DNA from: Macrostomum lignano
Taxonomy: Eukaryota
Direction: 5' to 3'
DNA: 34,073 bases
Assembly: GCA_002269645.1 (NCBI GenBank)
Contig: NIVC01001285.1
Coordinates: 1-34,073 of the forward strand
The notes under the pieces were generated by a model. That model worked only from the letters and a program-made list of their open reading frames with translations. It did no database searches and was not told where the DNA came from. Below, piece by piece: positions 1 through 11,174 of the stretch. Positions within the stretch are counted from its first letter, which is position 1, and the number at the start of each line of letters is the position of its first letter. The position numbers and the translations under genes were made by a program.

Positions 1-292
1 AGATAGTATTAAACTATTACAGCTAGCAAACTATATGGGGGACACTTGAGAACTCGGTTGCCGCTGGAGGAGGATGAGGAGTTTGGAGTTTGGGAAAGGC
101 TTTTTTTTAGGCTTCTGCATTTCTCGTCTTCTTCATCACTCCCCTCCCCCTCCTACTCATTAGGGCCGCTTCTAGTCGGCGAGCAGAACTTCTCAAGAGG
201 AAGAGGGGAGAGAGAGAGGGGAGAGGGGAGGGGAGAGGGGAGACAGAGCTTCTAGCTCGGGATGCGTAGACTTGTAGCCTAGTTTCCCTTAC

Positions 293-375
293 CCATCCCC
301 GATATAGAGGAGCCGGGGAGGAGCTCAGGGCAATCAGGGCGATGCTGAACAGGCTGTGTGCACGGGCGTGCGTGC
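293..375 (-). CDS. Weak candidate host exon
   Basis: On the minus strand it is flanked by a pyrimidine-rich acceptor (cctcgccttcacag) and a donor (TGG|gtaagg). It is open in one frame (xTHARAHSLFSIALIALSSSPAPLYRGW). No recognisable homology. Confidence 0.2.
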
Positions 376-689
376 CTGTGAAGGCGAGGGCGAGGGCGAG
401 GGCGAGGACGAGGGCGAGGGCGAGGGCGAGAAAGTGTAAGAGATTTTTCTGCTCAAGAAAGAATGAGACTCGAGACGAAGAATCGTAGTTGAACGCCTTT
501 GCACTGGATGGAGGGAGGGTGGAGAGGCGGTTCAGGGTTGCCAATTGGAGCTCTATTGAGGGCAGACGTGTCCCAAGATTCTAAAAGTTTCCGAGAACAC
601 GAAGAGGGGGGAGAGAGTGGAAAGATAGAGAAAGGATAGACTGCTGTGAGGGAGATTTGAGGGGGGGAAATAGTATGACAGAAAGGAAA

Positions 690-1498
690 TTTTTAAAACT
701 GTAGAAAGGGAGATGGTAGAGAGGGAAAGGGAGGGAAAGTAGACATGGAGAAAGAGAGGGACAGGGTAGAAAGGGAGAGGGTAGAGAGGGAGGGTGGAGA
801 GGGAGAGGGTAGAGAGGGAGAGGGAGAGAGTAGAGGGAGAGAGGGTAGAGGGAGAGGGTAGAGAGGGAGGGTAGAGAGGGAGGGTAGAGGGAGAGGGTAG
901 AGAGGGAGGGTAGAGAGGGAGGTAGAGGGAGAGAGAGAGTAGAGAGGGAGAAAGGGAGAAAGGGAGAGAGACTACGTAAGGAGAGAGGCAGAAGGTTGAG
1001 GGAGAGAGGGTAGAGGGTAGAGGAAGAGAGATGGTAGGGAGAGAAAAGAAAGTAGAAAAGAGTAGAGAGGGAGGGTAGAGGGAGAGAGGGTAGAGAGGGA
1101 GGGTAGAGAGGGTAGAGAAGGAGGGTACAGGGAGAGAGGGTAGAGAAGGAGGGTACAGGGAGAGAGGGTAGAGAAGGAGGGTACAGGGAGAGAGGGTAGA
1201 GGAGGGTACAGGGAGAGAGGGTAGAGAAGGAGGGTACAGGGAAAGAGGTAGAGAAGGAGGGTAGAGAGGGAGGGTACAGGGAGAGAGGGTAGAGAGGGAG
1301 GGTAGATAGGGTAGAGAAGGAGGGTACAGGGAGAGAGGGTAGAGAGGGAGGGTAGATAGGGTAGAGAAGGAGGGTACAGGGAGAGAGGGTAGAGAGGGAG
1401 GGTACAGGGAGAGAGGTAGAGAAAGAGGGTAGAGAGGGAGGGTAGATAGGGTAGAGAAGGAGGGTACAGGGAGAGAGGGTAGACAGGAAAGGAAAGAA
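690..1498. repeat. Purine-rich (GA/GT) degenerate minisatellite
   Basis: The plus strand is almost all A/G, with recurring units such as agagggagggt and agagaaggagggtacagggagagagggt. The 361-aa minus ORF is its by-product. Confidence 0.92.
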
Positions 1499-1597
1499 AT
1501 TTAATTTAGCAATCGAGTAACAAATTTTATATGATTTTGGAAATGATGAAGTGTCGCACTGGCACACAGACGCAACCAAAAAAGCACATCTACTCAC

Positions 1598-1666
1598 TTT
1601 TGTCGCTTGGCTGCTGCTGCGGCTGCGACCCCGCAGAGCTGCCTCCGTTGCTCTGAGCCATAGCAA
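1598..1666 (-). CDS. Candidate host exon (low-complexity S/Q/G peptide)
   Basis: This GC-rich island on minus has an acceptor (ggtgacag|) at 1667-1669 and a strong donor (AAAA|gtgagt) at 1597-1592. It contains gctATGG at 1661, giving MAQSNGGSSAGSQPQQQPSDK. The phase-0 frame LLWLRATEAALRGRSRSSSQATK is also open. Confidence 0.4.
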
Positions 1667-2266
1667 CTGTCACCAAGGTGACTCCCTAAGTTATCTCTAT
1701 AGTAAAAGTTGCTGAATAGATAACTAACGCAGAGACCAAAACTAATTGACAATAATTTTTATTTGCTGCGATGCTTCTCGCATAGAAGAAAATATTTATC
1801 TAAGATGGAACAGAAACAAGGCTGTTGGATTGTACCGAGGACTGCTGTTGACAGGGACAACAGAAAGAGCTTACGAGATTCGCCTTTTAGAATATTCTTG
1901 ACACGTTCGTTTAGGACTGACATAAAAACTTTATCCACTAAAATACGGTTCGCTATCGAATCGGAGACAGGGGAGGGGGGAGACGACTGGAAGGAACTTT
2001 TCTGCTTTCAGAGCAGATCGAAGACCGCCTTTTTGAGCCAATCAGGAGGCGTCGGCAGCGCCTAGAAGCAGAAAGGCGGGTGCCTCAGTGCTGAGGCGAA
2101 GCACACCGCCTCACTCCGTTTTACCCTCTCGTCAACCCTCGCTCTCCCTCTCTTCCTAAAGTCAGCTCAACCTCAGCTCCCTTGCGCTAGCAAGGAGTAT
2201 CTGACAGATTTCAAAGCGGTCATGACAGATTTCATATGATATTTTTATGCATGCGTAAGCTGCTCC

Positions 2267-2770
2267 CAGGCTCCCTTCATCTGATCAGATTCTCTCAGCA
2301 TTCCTTCATCTCATTCGATTACTTCAGCATCCCTTCATCTCATCCGATTCTCCCAGCCTCCCTTCATCTGACCAGATTCTCCCAGCCTCCCTTCATCTGA
2401 CCAGATTCTCTCAGCAGTCCTTCTTCTTATTCGATTCTCCCAGCCTCCCTTCATCTGATCAGATTCTCTCTGCATTCCTTCATCTGAACAGATTCTCTCA
2501 GCATTCCTTACATCTCATTCATTGTCACAGCCTCCCTTCATCTGACCAGATTCTCTCAGCATTCCTTCATCTCATTCATTCTCCCAGCATCCCTTCATCT
2601 GATCAGATTTTATCAGCATCCCTTCATCTCATTCGGTTCTCTCAGCATCCCTTCATCTCATCCGATTCTCCCAGCATCCCTTCATCTGATCAGATTCTCT
2701 CAGCATTCTTTCATCTCATTCGGTTCTCCCAGCCTCCCTTCATCTCTTTTCTCAACCCCTTCATCTACCC
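2267..2770. repeat. About 29-30 bp minisatellite with two unit types
   Basis: Tandem units ccttcatctgatcagattctctcagcatt and ccttcatctcattcgattctcccagcctc, about 17 copies. Confidence 0.9.
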
Positions 2771-3527
2771 TCAAAAATTCATTAATCTCCTGTCTCAAGC
2801 TATTTCATCTCCTCTCTAGCATTCTCTTAATTCCACTTAGCCTCGGTTATAAATAAAAATTTAGTCATCACATGAAGTCGCACGAGTACTCGTAAAAGAG
2901 TTGCCAGAATCACTTAATGACCAGTATAAAAGCGCTACCCTATGCATCAGTGTGTCAGGGACTTTAAGCTTCCTTTCTATTGAATGAGTTGCCATTTTAA
3001 ATCTGAGTGTGCACATGCTGACACTTTGTTAATCTGCATTCAGCTGAGGTTATAAATGGAATCCGGACACAAAGCCATCATCTAGACTTAGGGCTTAGGC
3101 TAAGGCTTTCAGCGATTTGGAAACCTAACTTCTCATTCTATTTTTACTAAGCAAAGTTTTGCAGCAATCTTTAACATACTGATGACTGGGGATATATGCA
3201 ACAGCCCGCAATGTCCTCCAATTTACATCAGAAGTCTTCAGGCTCCATGTTTACATACAGATTACTCAAATTTAATAATTGGCAAGACCGTATACTGTTG
3301 AAATGCAAAGAGATTCCCACAAGTTTGAAAATTTTGTTACTATAAATGAAATAAAAACTACGGAAAATATGAAACTTAAACTAAATGGCATTCAGTTTGG
3401 GAAAAACGGGGTGCCGATTTCGCATCCGAAGTAGAAAACTTAGAATGCAAAAAAACATATTTATAAAGTTGATGTGCCATGACAGAAACCTACAATGCAG
3501 CACACGAGGGACAGGAAATACACGCAA

Positions 3528-3618
<91 letters not shown>

Positions 3619-3620
3619 CT

Positions 3621-3663
<43 letters not shown>

Positions 3664-3672
3664 CCGAGACAC

Positions 3673-3705
<33 letters not shown>

Positions 3706-3706
3706 A

Positions 3707-3754
<48 letters not shown>

Positions 3755-3763
3755 CAGAGACAC

Positions 3764-3795
<32 letters not shown>

Positions 3796-3797
3796 GC

Positions 3798-3851
<54 letters not shown>

Positions 3852-3860
3852 CAGAGACAC

Positions 3861-3912
<52 letters not shown>

Positions 3913-3993
3913 CAGAGACACACAGACAGACAGACAGGCAGACAGAGACACAGACAGACAGACAGACAGACAGAAAGAGACACAGACAGATAA

Positions 3994-4038
<45 letters not shown>

Positions 4039-4125
4039 AACAGACAGATAAACAAACAGACAGACAGACACACAGACAACAGAGACACACAGACAAACAG
4101 ACAGGCAGACAGAGACACAGACAGA
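3528..4125. repeat. (GACA)n compound microsatellite
   Basis: Long GACA run with recurrent gacaacagagacacaca interruptions. The QTDR/LSVC ORFs are translations of it. Confidence 0.97.
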
Positions 4126-4292
4126 CACATAAACACATTCGCCAAGCACTTGAGAAACAAAGCAGGCAGCAACAAGAAGAGGTCAGGAGAGAACACGCCA
4201 AAAACCCCAAATCAGAGACAGACATCCAAGAGAAAAGGTTTTCATCGTGTAGGCACTGATTGGAAACCCGAGTACACAAGACAAGTGCCATG

Positions 4293-4294
<2 letters not shown>

Positions 4295-4329
<35 letters not shown>
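4295..4329. repeat. (GA)n microsatellite
   Basis: Perfect GA dinucleotide run. Confidence 0.95.
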
Positions 4330-4332
<3 letters not shown>

Positions 4333-4687
4333 ATGAGACGAGAAGGAAACTGTGATCTGCTCTCAGATTCACTCGATCAGAATCGATAATATTCTCTAAC
4401 AAGACAAACGAACAGAAACCATTTCTCGCGCTTGCAAGAAAATTAAATAATAGTTAAATTAAACTCACATCTCATTGTACCGCTAGAAAAATAGTTGTCA
4501 TCTCCGTTCTGAAAGTAAAGTTAAAATACCACAAGTGATAAAATTTGTATGATTAAACTACAGTTCGTTTCCTTACATTGCTACTAATTAAACACTGACT
4601 AAGTAGCCAGAATAGCATTAAGCAGTTTGAAAAAAAATAAAATTACAATTTTTTTAATATAAATATAAGTAAATCAAGCATCCTTAC

Positions 4688-4744
4688 AGCAGAGGCCGGG
4701 CAACCATTTCCGTTGGCACTGGATGTTGCTGCTGCTGTTGCTAC
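4688..4744 (-). CDS. Weak candidate 57-nt host exon
   Basis: GC-rich island in AT-rich DNA with a minus-strand acceptor (tctcag|) and donor (|gtaagg). Open as VATAAATSSANGNGCPASA (phase 0) or GSNSSSNIQCQRKWLPGLC (phase 1). Confidence 0.3.
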
Positions 4745-4896
4745 CTGAGATTTGACAAACAAGATAAGAATATTTTATAGATAAATCTGTATTGCTTGTG
4801 CAAAACAGAATTAACTGGCTCTGATAATATTATTTACACTACGCTCGTTAACGCGTACGATGCTTTTCTTAAATTGCTGCCAAGATAAAGATGCGA

Positions 4897-5850
4897 GATA
4901 GAGAGGTCTAGGGTAGAGATGTCTGTGGTACAGAGGTCTAGGGTAGAGATGTCTGTGGTACAGAGGTCTGTGGTAGAGATGTCTGTGGTACAGAGGTCTA
5001 GGATAGAGATGTCTGTGGTGCAGTGGTCTGTGGTAGAGATGTCTGTGGTACAGAGGTCTAGGGTAGAGGTGTCTGTGGTACAGAGGTCTAGGGTAGAGAT
5101 GTCTGTGGTACAGAGGTCTAGGATAGATATGTCTGTGGTACAGAGGTCTAGGATAGAGATGTCTGTGGTACAGAGGTCTAGGATAGATATGTCTGTGGTA
5201 CAGAGGTCTAGGATAGAGATGTCTGTGGTACAGAGGTCTAGGATAGAGATGTCTGTGGTACAGAGGTCTAGGATAGAGATTTCTGTGGTACAGAGGTCTA
5301 GGATAGAGATGTCTGTGGTACAGAGGTCTAGGATAGAGATGTCTGTGGTACAGAGGTCTAGGATAGAGATGTCTGTGGTACAGAGGTCTAGGATAGAGAT
5401 TTCTGTGGTACAGAGGTCTAGGATAGAGATGTCTGTGGTACAGAGGTCTAGGATAGAGATGTCTGTGGTACAGAGGTCTAGGATAGAGATTCTGTGGTAC
5501 AGAGGTCTAGGATAGAGATGTCTGTGGTACAGATGTCTAGGATAGAGATTCTGTGGTACAGAGGTCTAGGATAGAGATGTCTGTGGTACAGAGGTCTAGG
5601 ATAGAGATTTCTGTGGTACAGAGGTCTAGGATAGAGATTCTGTGGTACAGAGGTCTAGGGTAGAGATGTCTGTGGTACAGAGGTCTAGGATAGAGATGTC
5701 TGTGGTACAGAGGTCTAGGATAGAGATGTCTGTGGTACAGAGGTCTAGGATAGAGATTTCTGTGGTACAGAGGTCTAGGATAGAGATGTCTGTAATACAG
5801 AGGTCTAGGATAGAGATTCCTGTGGCAGAGAGGTCTGTGGTAGAGATGTC
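4897..5850. repeat. 30-bp minisatellite (dimer of two 15-mers)
   Basis: Unit gtctgtggtacagag+gtctaggatagagat, about 31 copies. Some units carry 1-nt deletions. Confidence 0.97.
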
Positions 5851-6309
5851 CGGCTATAAAAGGCTCAGGGTAGAGGAGCGGGTAGAGAACTGAGAGAGGA
5901 GCGTGGATTATAGCAATTAGTTTATATTTAGACGGATAGGCAAAATCAAATACGTCTATTTAAAAAAATTAAATTGCATCGAACTATTTAATTATATCTA
6001 TCAGCATTAGACTATTTATATACACTGGGCTAATTCCTGTGAGATAACAAAAGACTAAATTTTGATAAAACAGTCGGAGGGTAACCTCTATGAATAGCAG
6101 CATAAATGCATTTAATTATAGCATATAGGAAATTATACAGATGATTTATCATCTATTCCATTAGTCTAAATATATGCCAGTATTAAATTATCAATATTTC
6201 GCATAAATAATGCCTACCAATAAAATATTACAAAGCTTTCTATTTAATCAAAATTTCAGTCTTTTTTACTTTCCTAGGCTACAAAAGATTTATTTCCCAA
6301 TATATATCA

Positions 6310-8128
6310 TCAGATCTAGCTCCCAATCCATACCAGATCTACTACCCAATCCATACCAGATCTACTACCTAATCCATACCAGATCTATTACCCAATCTAT
6401 ACCAGATCTACTACCCAATCTATACCAGATCTACTACCCAATCTATACCAGATCTACTACCCAATCCATACCAGATCTACTATCCAATCCATACCAGATC
6501 TACTACCCAATCCATACCAGATCTACTACCCAATCCATACCAGATCTACTACCCAATCCATACCAGATCTACTACCCAATCCATACCAGATCTACTACCC
6601 AATCCATACCAGATCTACTACCCAATCCATACCAGATCTACTACCCAATCCATACCAGATCTACTACCCAATCCATACCAGATCTACTACCCAATCCATA
6701 CCAGATCTACTACCCAATCCATACCAGATCTACTACCCAATCCATACCAGATCTACTACCTAATCCATACCAGATCTACTACCCAATCTATACCAGATCT
6801 ACTACCCAATCCATACCAGATCTACTACCCAATCCATACCAGATCTACTACCCAATCCATACCAGATCTACTACCCAATCCATGCCAGATCTACTATCCA
6901 ATCCATACCAGATCTACTACCCAATCCATACCAGATCTACTACCCAATCCATACCAGATCTACTACCCAATCCATACCAGATCTACTACCCAATCCATAC
7001 CAGATCTACTACCCAATCCATACCAGATCTACTACCCAATCCATACCAGATCTACTACCTAATCCATACCAGATCTACTATCCAATCTATACCAGATCTA
7101 CTACCCAATCCATACCAGATCTACTACCCAATCCATACCAGATCTACTACCCAATCCATACCAGATCTACTACCCAATCCATACCAGATCTACTACCCAA
7201 TCCATACCAGATCTACTACCCAATCTATACCAGATCTACTACCCAATCCATACCAGATCTACTATCCAATCCATACCAGATCTACTACCCAATCCATACC
7301 AGATCTACTACCCAATCTACATCAGATCTAATTCCCAATCTATATCAGATCTAATTCCCAATCTACATCAGATCTAATTCCTAATCTACATCATCTAGTT
7401 ACTAATCTATATCAGATCTAATTCCCAATCTAGATTAGATCTAATTCCTAATCTACATCAGATCTATTTCCTAATCTACATCATCTAGTTACTAATATAT
7501 ATCAGATCTAATTCCCAATCTATATCAGATCTAATTCCTAATTTACATCAGATCTAGTTCCCAATCTACACTAGATCTAATTCCTAATCTACATCAGATC
7601 TAATCCCCAATCTACATCAGATTTAATTCCCAATCTATATCAGATCTAATTCCCAATCTACATCAGATCTACTACCCAATCTACATCAGATCTAATTCCC
7701 AATCTACATCAGATCTAATTCCTAATCTACATCATCTAGTTACTAATCTACACTAGATCTAATTCCTAATCCACATCGGATCTAATTCCCAATCTATATC
7801 AGATCTAATTCCCAATCTACATCAGATCTAATTCCCAATCTACATCAGATCTAATTCCCAATCTACATCAGATCTAATTCCCAATCTACATCAGATCTAA
7901 TTTCCAATCTACATCAGATCTAATTTCCAATCTACATCAGATCTAATTCCCAATCTACATCAGATCTAATTCCCAATCTACATCAGATCTAATTTCCAAT
8001 CTACATCAGATCTAATTCCCAATCTACATCAGATCTAATTCCCAATCTACATCAGATCTAATTTCCAATCTACATCAGATCTAATTCCCAATCTACATCA
8101 GATCTAGTTCCCAATCTACACTAGATCT
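6310..8128. repeat. 23-bp minisatellite made of two homogenised sub-arrays
   Basis: Unit ccaatccataccagatctactac runs to about 7315, then ccaatctacatcagatctaattc runs to about 8128. Almost every unit contains AGATCT. Confidence 0.97.
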
Positions 8129-8171
8129 GCATGTGCAATGTGCATCCAGTTTACCAGTTGTCAACTCTCAC

Positions 8172-8357
8172 CCTGCCACCCCGCTGAGCTGGGCGCTGAG
8201 CATCGCAGTAACTGGACGAATTTGAGCTGCTCACTCCAGACGAGGTGGACGCCGAGCCTGCAGACTGCTGCTGCTGTTGTCGAAGCTTTTGACCAGCAGC
8301 TGAAGAGCTGGCGGCTGTTGAACACGCAGCCGGTGTCTGGCGTTGCCGATAACTCAT
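8172..8357 (-). CDS. Candidate host exon (S/A/Q-rich)
   Basis: GC-rich island with ATG at 8357 and 62 open codons (MSYRQRQTPAACSTAASSSAAGQKLRQQQQQSAG...QRGGR) ending at the donor AGG|gtgaga. It is also open in other frames, so strand and frame are uncertain. Confidence 0.3.
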
Positions 8358-8844
8358 TATTGCACACGAGCTTGAAATCTTGGTAACGAACTCCAACAAG
8401 CTTTTAAACGAACCGGGTATATTCGAATTATAACAAGCAATAAACTTTGTTTTATTTCTTCTTCAACGATTATTCTTTACATGATCTAAGCACAGCCGTA
8501 TCGCCTGATGGAAAATATCTGCAATCATTGTAGCGAAGGTGTTTTAATTCTTTAAAACGTAGCTGTCTATCAACATGCTACTGCTAACTTTGTATCAATT
8601 CAAAAACGGGACATCCTTGACAAAATTCACAACTTCAGGAGTGCTATAAGTATTAGACAATAAAAATGCTAGAAAAAACATAAGCTACAAATTTAACCGG
8701 CGGATTCTTGCGCCTCGATACAATTCGTGGCTTGATGGCTTCGGATTGACTTCGCAACTTAAATTTTCTATCAATTTTGATACAGTATGGCGACAGCGAA
8801 TTGTCTGTCAGTCTATCTATTTGTCTGCCGTTCAAAGAGTCTGC

Positions 8845-8920
8845 CTGCTTGCCTGTTTGTCCGTCTGTCTGTCTGTCTGCCTGTCTGTCTGTCTGTCTGT
8901 CTGTCTGCCTGTCTGTCAGT
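8845..8920. repeat. (TCTG)n microsatellite
   Basis: Imperfect tctg/cctg run, the reverse complement of GACA. Confidence 0.9.
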
Positions 8921-9143
8921 CTTTCCTTAATCTAATAAGAACCAGAAAGAGAAACAGCTGATTTTCAAAATAAAATACACAAAAAACCTCTCGACAAATA
9001 CGTGGTTGAGACTTAATGAAAATTTCGATACTTGAAACCAGTACTAAGAAATAATTTTGACAGAAATTAAGAGTCTTACTCACTGACCAACAGCTTGGTA
9101 TCAGTTTAGCGTTTTAGCAAAGAGATTAAGCTCTTTAAAATAA

Positions 9144-9236
9144 TTTTGGTGCCAATGTAGCGCTACAGAAAAGGTTTGGGCGCCAATCTAGTGCTACTGG
9201 AAAGGTTTTGGCGCCAATTTAGCACCAAAGAAAAGG
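9144..9236. repeat. Degenerate 31-bp tandem repeat x3
   Basis: ttttggtgccaatgtagcgctacagaaaagg / tttgggcgccaatctagtgctactggaaagg / ttttggcgccaatttagcaccaaagaaaagg. Confidence 0.75.
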
Positions 9237-9805
9237 CATTAGCTCCAAAATGTAAGAGTGACAAAGTAACATCTGACCTCCGTCCTCAGCGGGATGGCTA
9301 CTCCCCCTCCATTACATACATTCAACTCCATCCATACATAACTTAAACTTAAACTTAAACCAAGGGTTGCATTAATAACAAATACACAGAATCATTACAC
9401 AAATCGCACTCACCACTAATGGTTCTAGAAGATTTTTTTAACTATTTCGTTTTTTACAGCTGAAACTAATTTGCTTGTGCAGGGCAACTTCTTGCTTGAA
9501 TAATAGACGGACGAGCAAGTTTCTTTTTCAAAAGCTGTATCTAGCTAGTATAGTCAGGTTTAGTTGCCAGGGCGACTAACACTGAGCAGAAAGATTGAAC
9601 TTATAGGCTAGGCATTTTGGGAGCTAAAAATAGGATCTGAAACTTAGGCTGCACCTGCTTCTATGCCACGCTTCTCCTAGTTCATCTCTCTCTCCTAAGC
9701 TGTGTGCGCATTGGACAGACAGAAACTGCAGAGAGCCCAGCGTACATTCAACTCCCTATTAGGGAATATATCGATGAGGTAAAAATAGACCTAACTGTTA
9801 GAAAA

Positions 9806-9811
<6 letters not shown>

Positions 9812-9838
<27 letters not shown>
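9812..9838. repeat. (GA)n microsatellite
   Basis: GA dinucleotide run. Confidence 0.9.
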
Positions 9839-9840
<2 letters not shown>

Positions 9841-9941
9841 GCAGCTAAACTCGTCTCATGTTTCCTTCTACCTTCCCACTTGCTCTTTCATATCATCTAT
9901 TCTTAATCTAGAATACATTCTGTCCTTTCTATCTTTAAATT

Positions 9942-10123
9942 GGGGGGGGGGGCATTACAAACCCAAAATATCACAACTCCGAAAGCACTACCATTATAAA
10001 CCCGAATTATCACAAACCCGAAATATCATGACTCCGAAAGTGCTAGCAACGTTACCCAAGGCTACATTGGTTTTCGGAGTCATGATATTTTGGGTTTCTG
10101 ATATTTTGAGTTTATGATGGGTG
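9942..10123. mobile_element. Truncated Mutator-like foldback MITE
   Basis: A G-run start is followed by subrepeats. Arm 9991-10039 is an inverted repeat of 10072-10120 (aaatatcatgactccgaaa / tttcggagtcatgatattt). It shares the motif cacaac(t/g)ccgaaa(a)gcactacc with the MITE at 24475. The right end appears missing and no TSD was found. Confidence 0.6.
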
Positions 10124-10864
10124 TTCGCTAGTATTTTTGGTGTTGCACAAGTTTTCTTAGCAGATCTAGAAAGGATATACTTTGGTAAAAGATTAATATT
10201 ACTGAAAATTTGAAAATTGGTTGCTTCCAATAGACCCGGTGTACAATATTCTCGTTGCTAAGCGGACATCAAACTATGACTTAAAGTACCACACGATGCA
10301 CACAAAGCTAAAGATTCTGCGTTGAAGTCCGCGCAACAGACCCGCATAGCACAAAGATAGACCGGGAATTGCCAGGCTGTTTAATCTTGCTTGCTTATTT
10401 ACAAGGCGAATGCTTGTCCATAGGTGGACTCTGTGGTGACGAAATGAACTCTGCAGTGACAAGGTGACCTCTGGAGTGATAAGGTAAGGTGGATTCTGGA
10501 GTGACAACTGACAAAGGGACTTTGGAGTGACATGGTGGAAAGATTGATTCTAGACAACTAAGAGAATTCTAGAATGCTAGATTGAAACTCTGAATATTAA
10601 AGTGGCCTTTGATGGTGTTGGGCAGCTGAGATAAATATTGGAGTGCTAAGATGGACTCTGAAAATTTTAAATTAGTTCTGGGATTCTAACATAGAGTACT
10701 TGAGTAAAAGTATGGACCGTTACTCTTAAACATGTCAAGATAGATTGCATACAGGTACCATAACAAACACTGCTACTAAAACTTGGTAAATAATAGAATA
10801 TGACAATCTACTAGCTAGATTTTTGGTCTTTGATCTATTTAATATTTAAATATTTCAAGTATAA

Positions 10865-11170
10865 ATTTAAATGACACGAGGACAAGGTCGTCAGAATAGC
10901 GCAGTAGGGTCAAGCGCATCTCGTTGTAGCGGCGACCGATGCGTCTGCGCAGCAGGAAGCCGTCGCCTGCTGAGGGGAGTGCATTCTGGAACACCCAGTC
11001 AAGAAGCAAAACGAAGAGGAATGGTGCTAATGTGTCGCCCTGTAGCAATCCTGACGAAGTTTCAAAAAAAGTTCGGACAGGCGACCCTCCGTCACCAAAG
11101 CGGCGCGATACCGAGACATGATGGCATTAACTAGCCGCTGTGGGACCCAGTAGGCTGTGGTACTTTGCAT
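10865..11170 (-). pseudogene. Non-LTR retrotransposon (LINE, RTE/L2-like) reverse transcriptase fragment
   Basis: Minus translation LQGDTLAPFLFVLLLDWV...RYSDDLVLV matches the QG and YADD RT motifs. The upstream part (YWVPQRLVNAIMSRY) is in a shifted frame. Confidence 0.85.
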
Positions 11171-11174
11171 GAGG

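Noticed and set aside
581-1666. 361-aa minus ORF (LSTLSP/YPPSLP repeats)
   Set aside because: Translation of the purine-rich minisatellite; only its first 23 codons may be exonic.
3381-4402. Overlapping QTDR / LSVC ORFs in several frames
   Set aside because: A GACA tetranucleotide repeat contains no stop codons in any frame, so these are artefacts.
4919-5893. SVVQRSRIEM repeat ORFs
   Set aside because: Translation of a 30-bp satellite. Units with 1-nt deletions break the frame freely, showing no coding constraint.
6210-7331. 373-aa ORF with a 23-aa repeat
   Set aside because: Three 23-bp satellite units per peptide repeat, cycling through all frames; not a plausible gene.
3528-8920. GACA array and inverted TCTG array as ends of one large element, or as Helentron/HINE parts
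   Set aside because: The flanks do not match, and I could not identify a TSD, subterminal inverted repeat or hairpin. A repeat-library search would be needed.
9144-9236. 31-bp repeats superficially like a CRISPR array
   Set aside because: The units are directly tandem with no unique spacers, there are no cas genes, and the context is eukaryotic.
9500-10400. Possible 5' LTR of the old Gypsy element
   Set aside because: No alignable similarity to 14509-15329 by eye, so the TSD and age of that element cannot be assessed.
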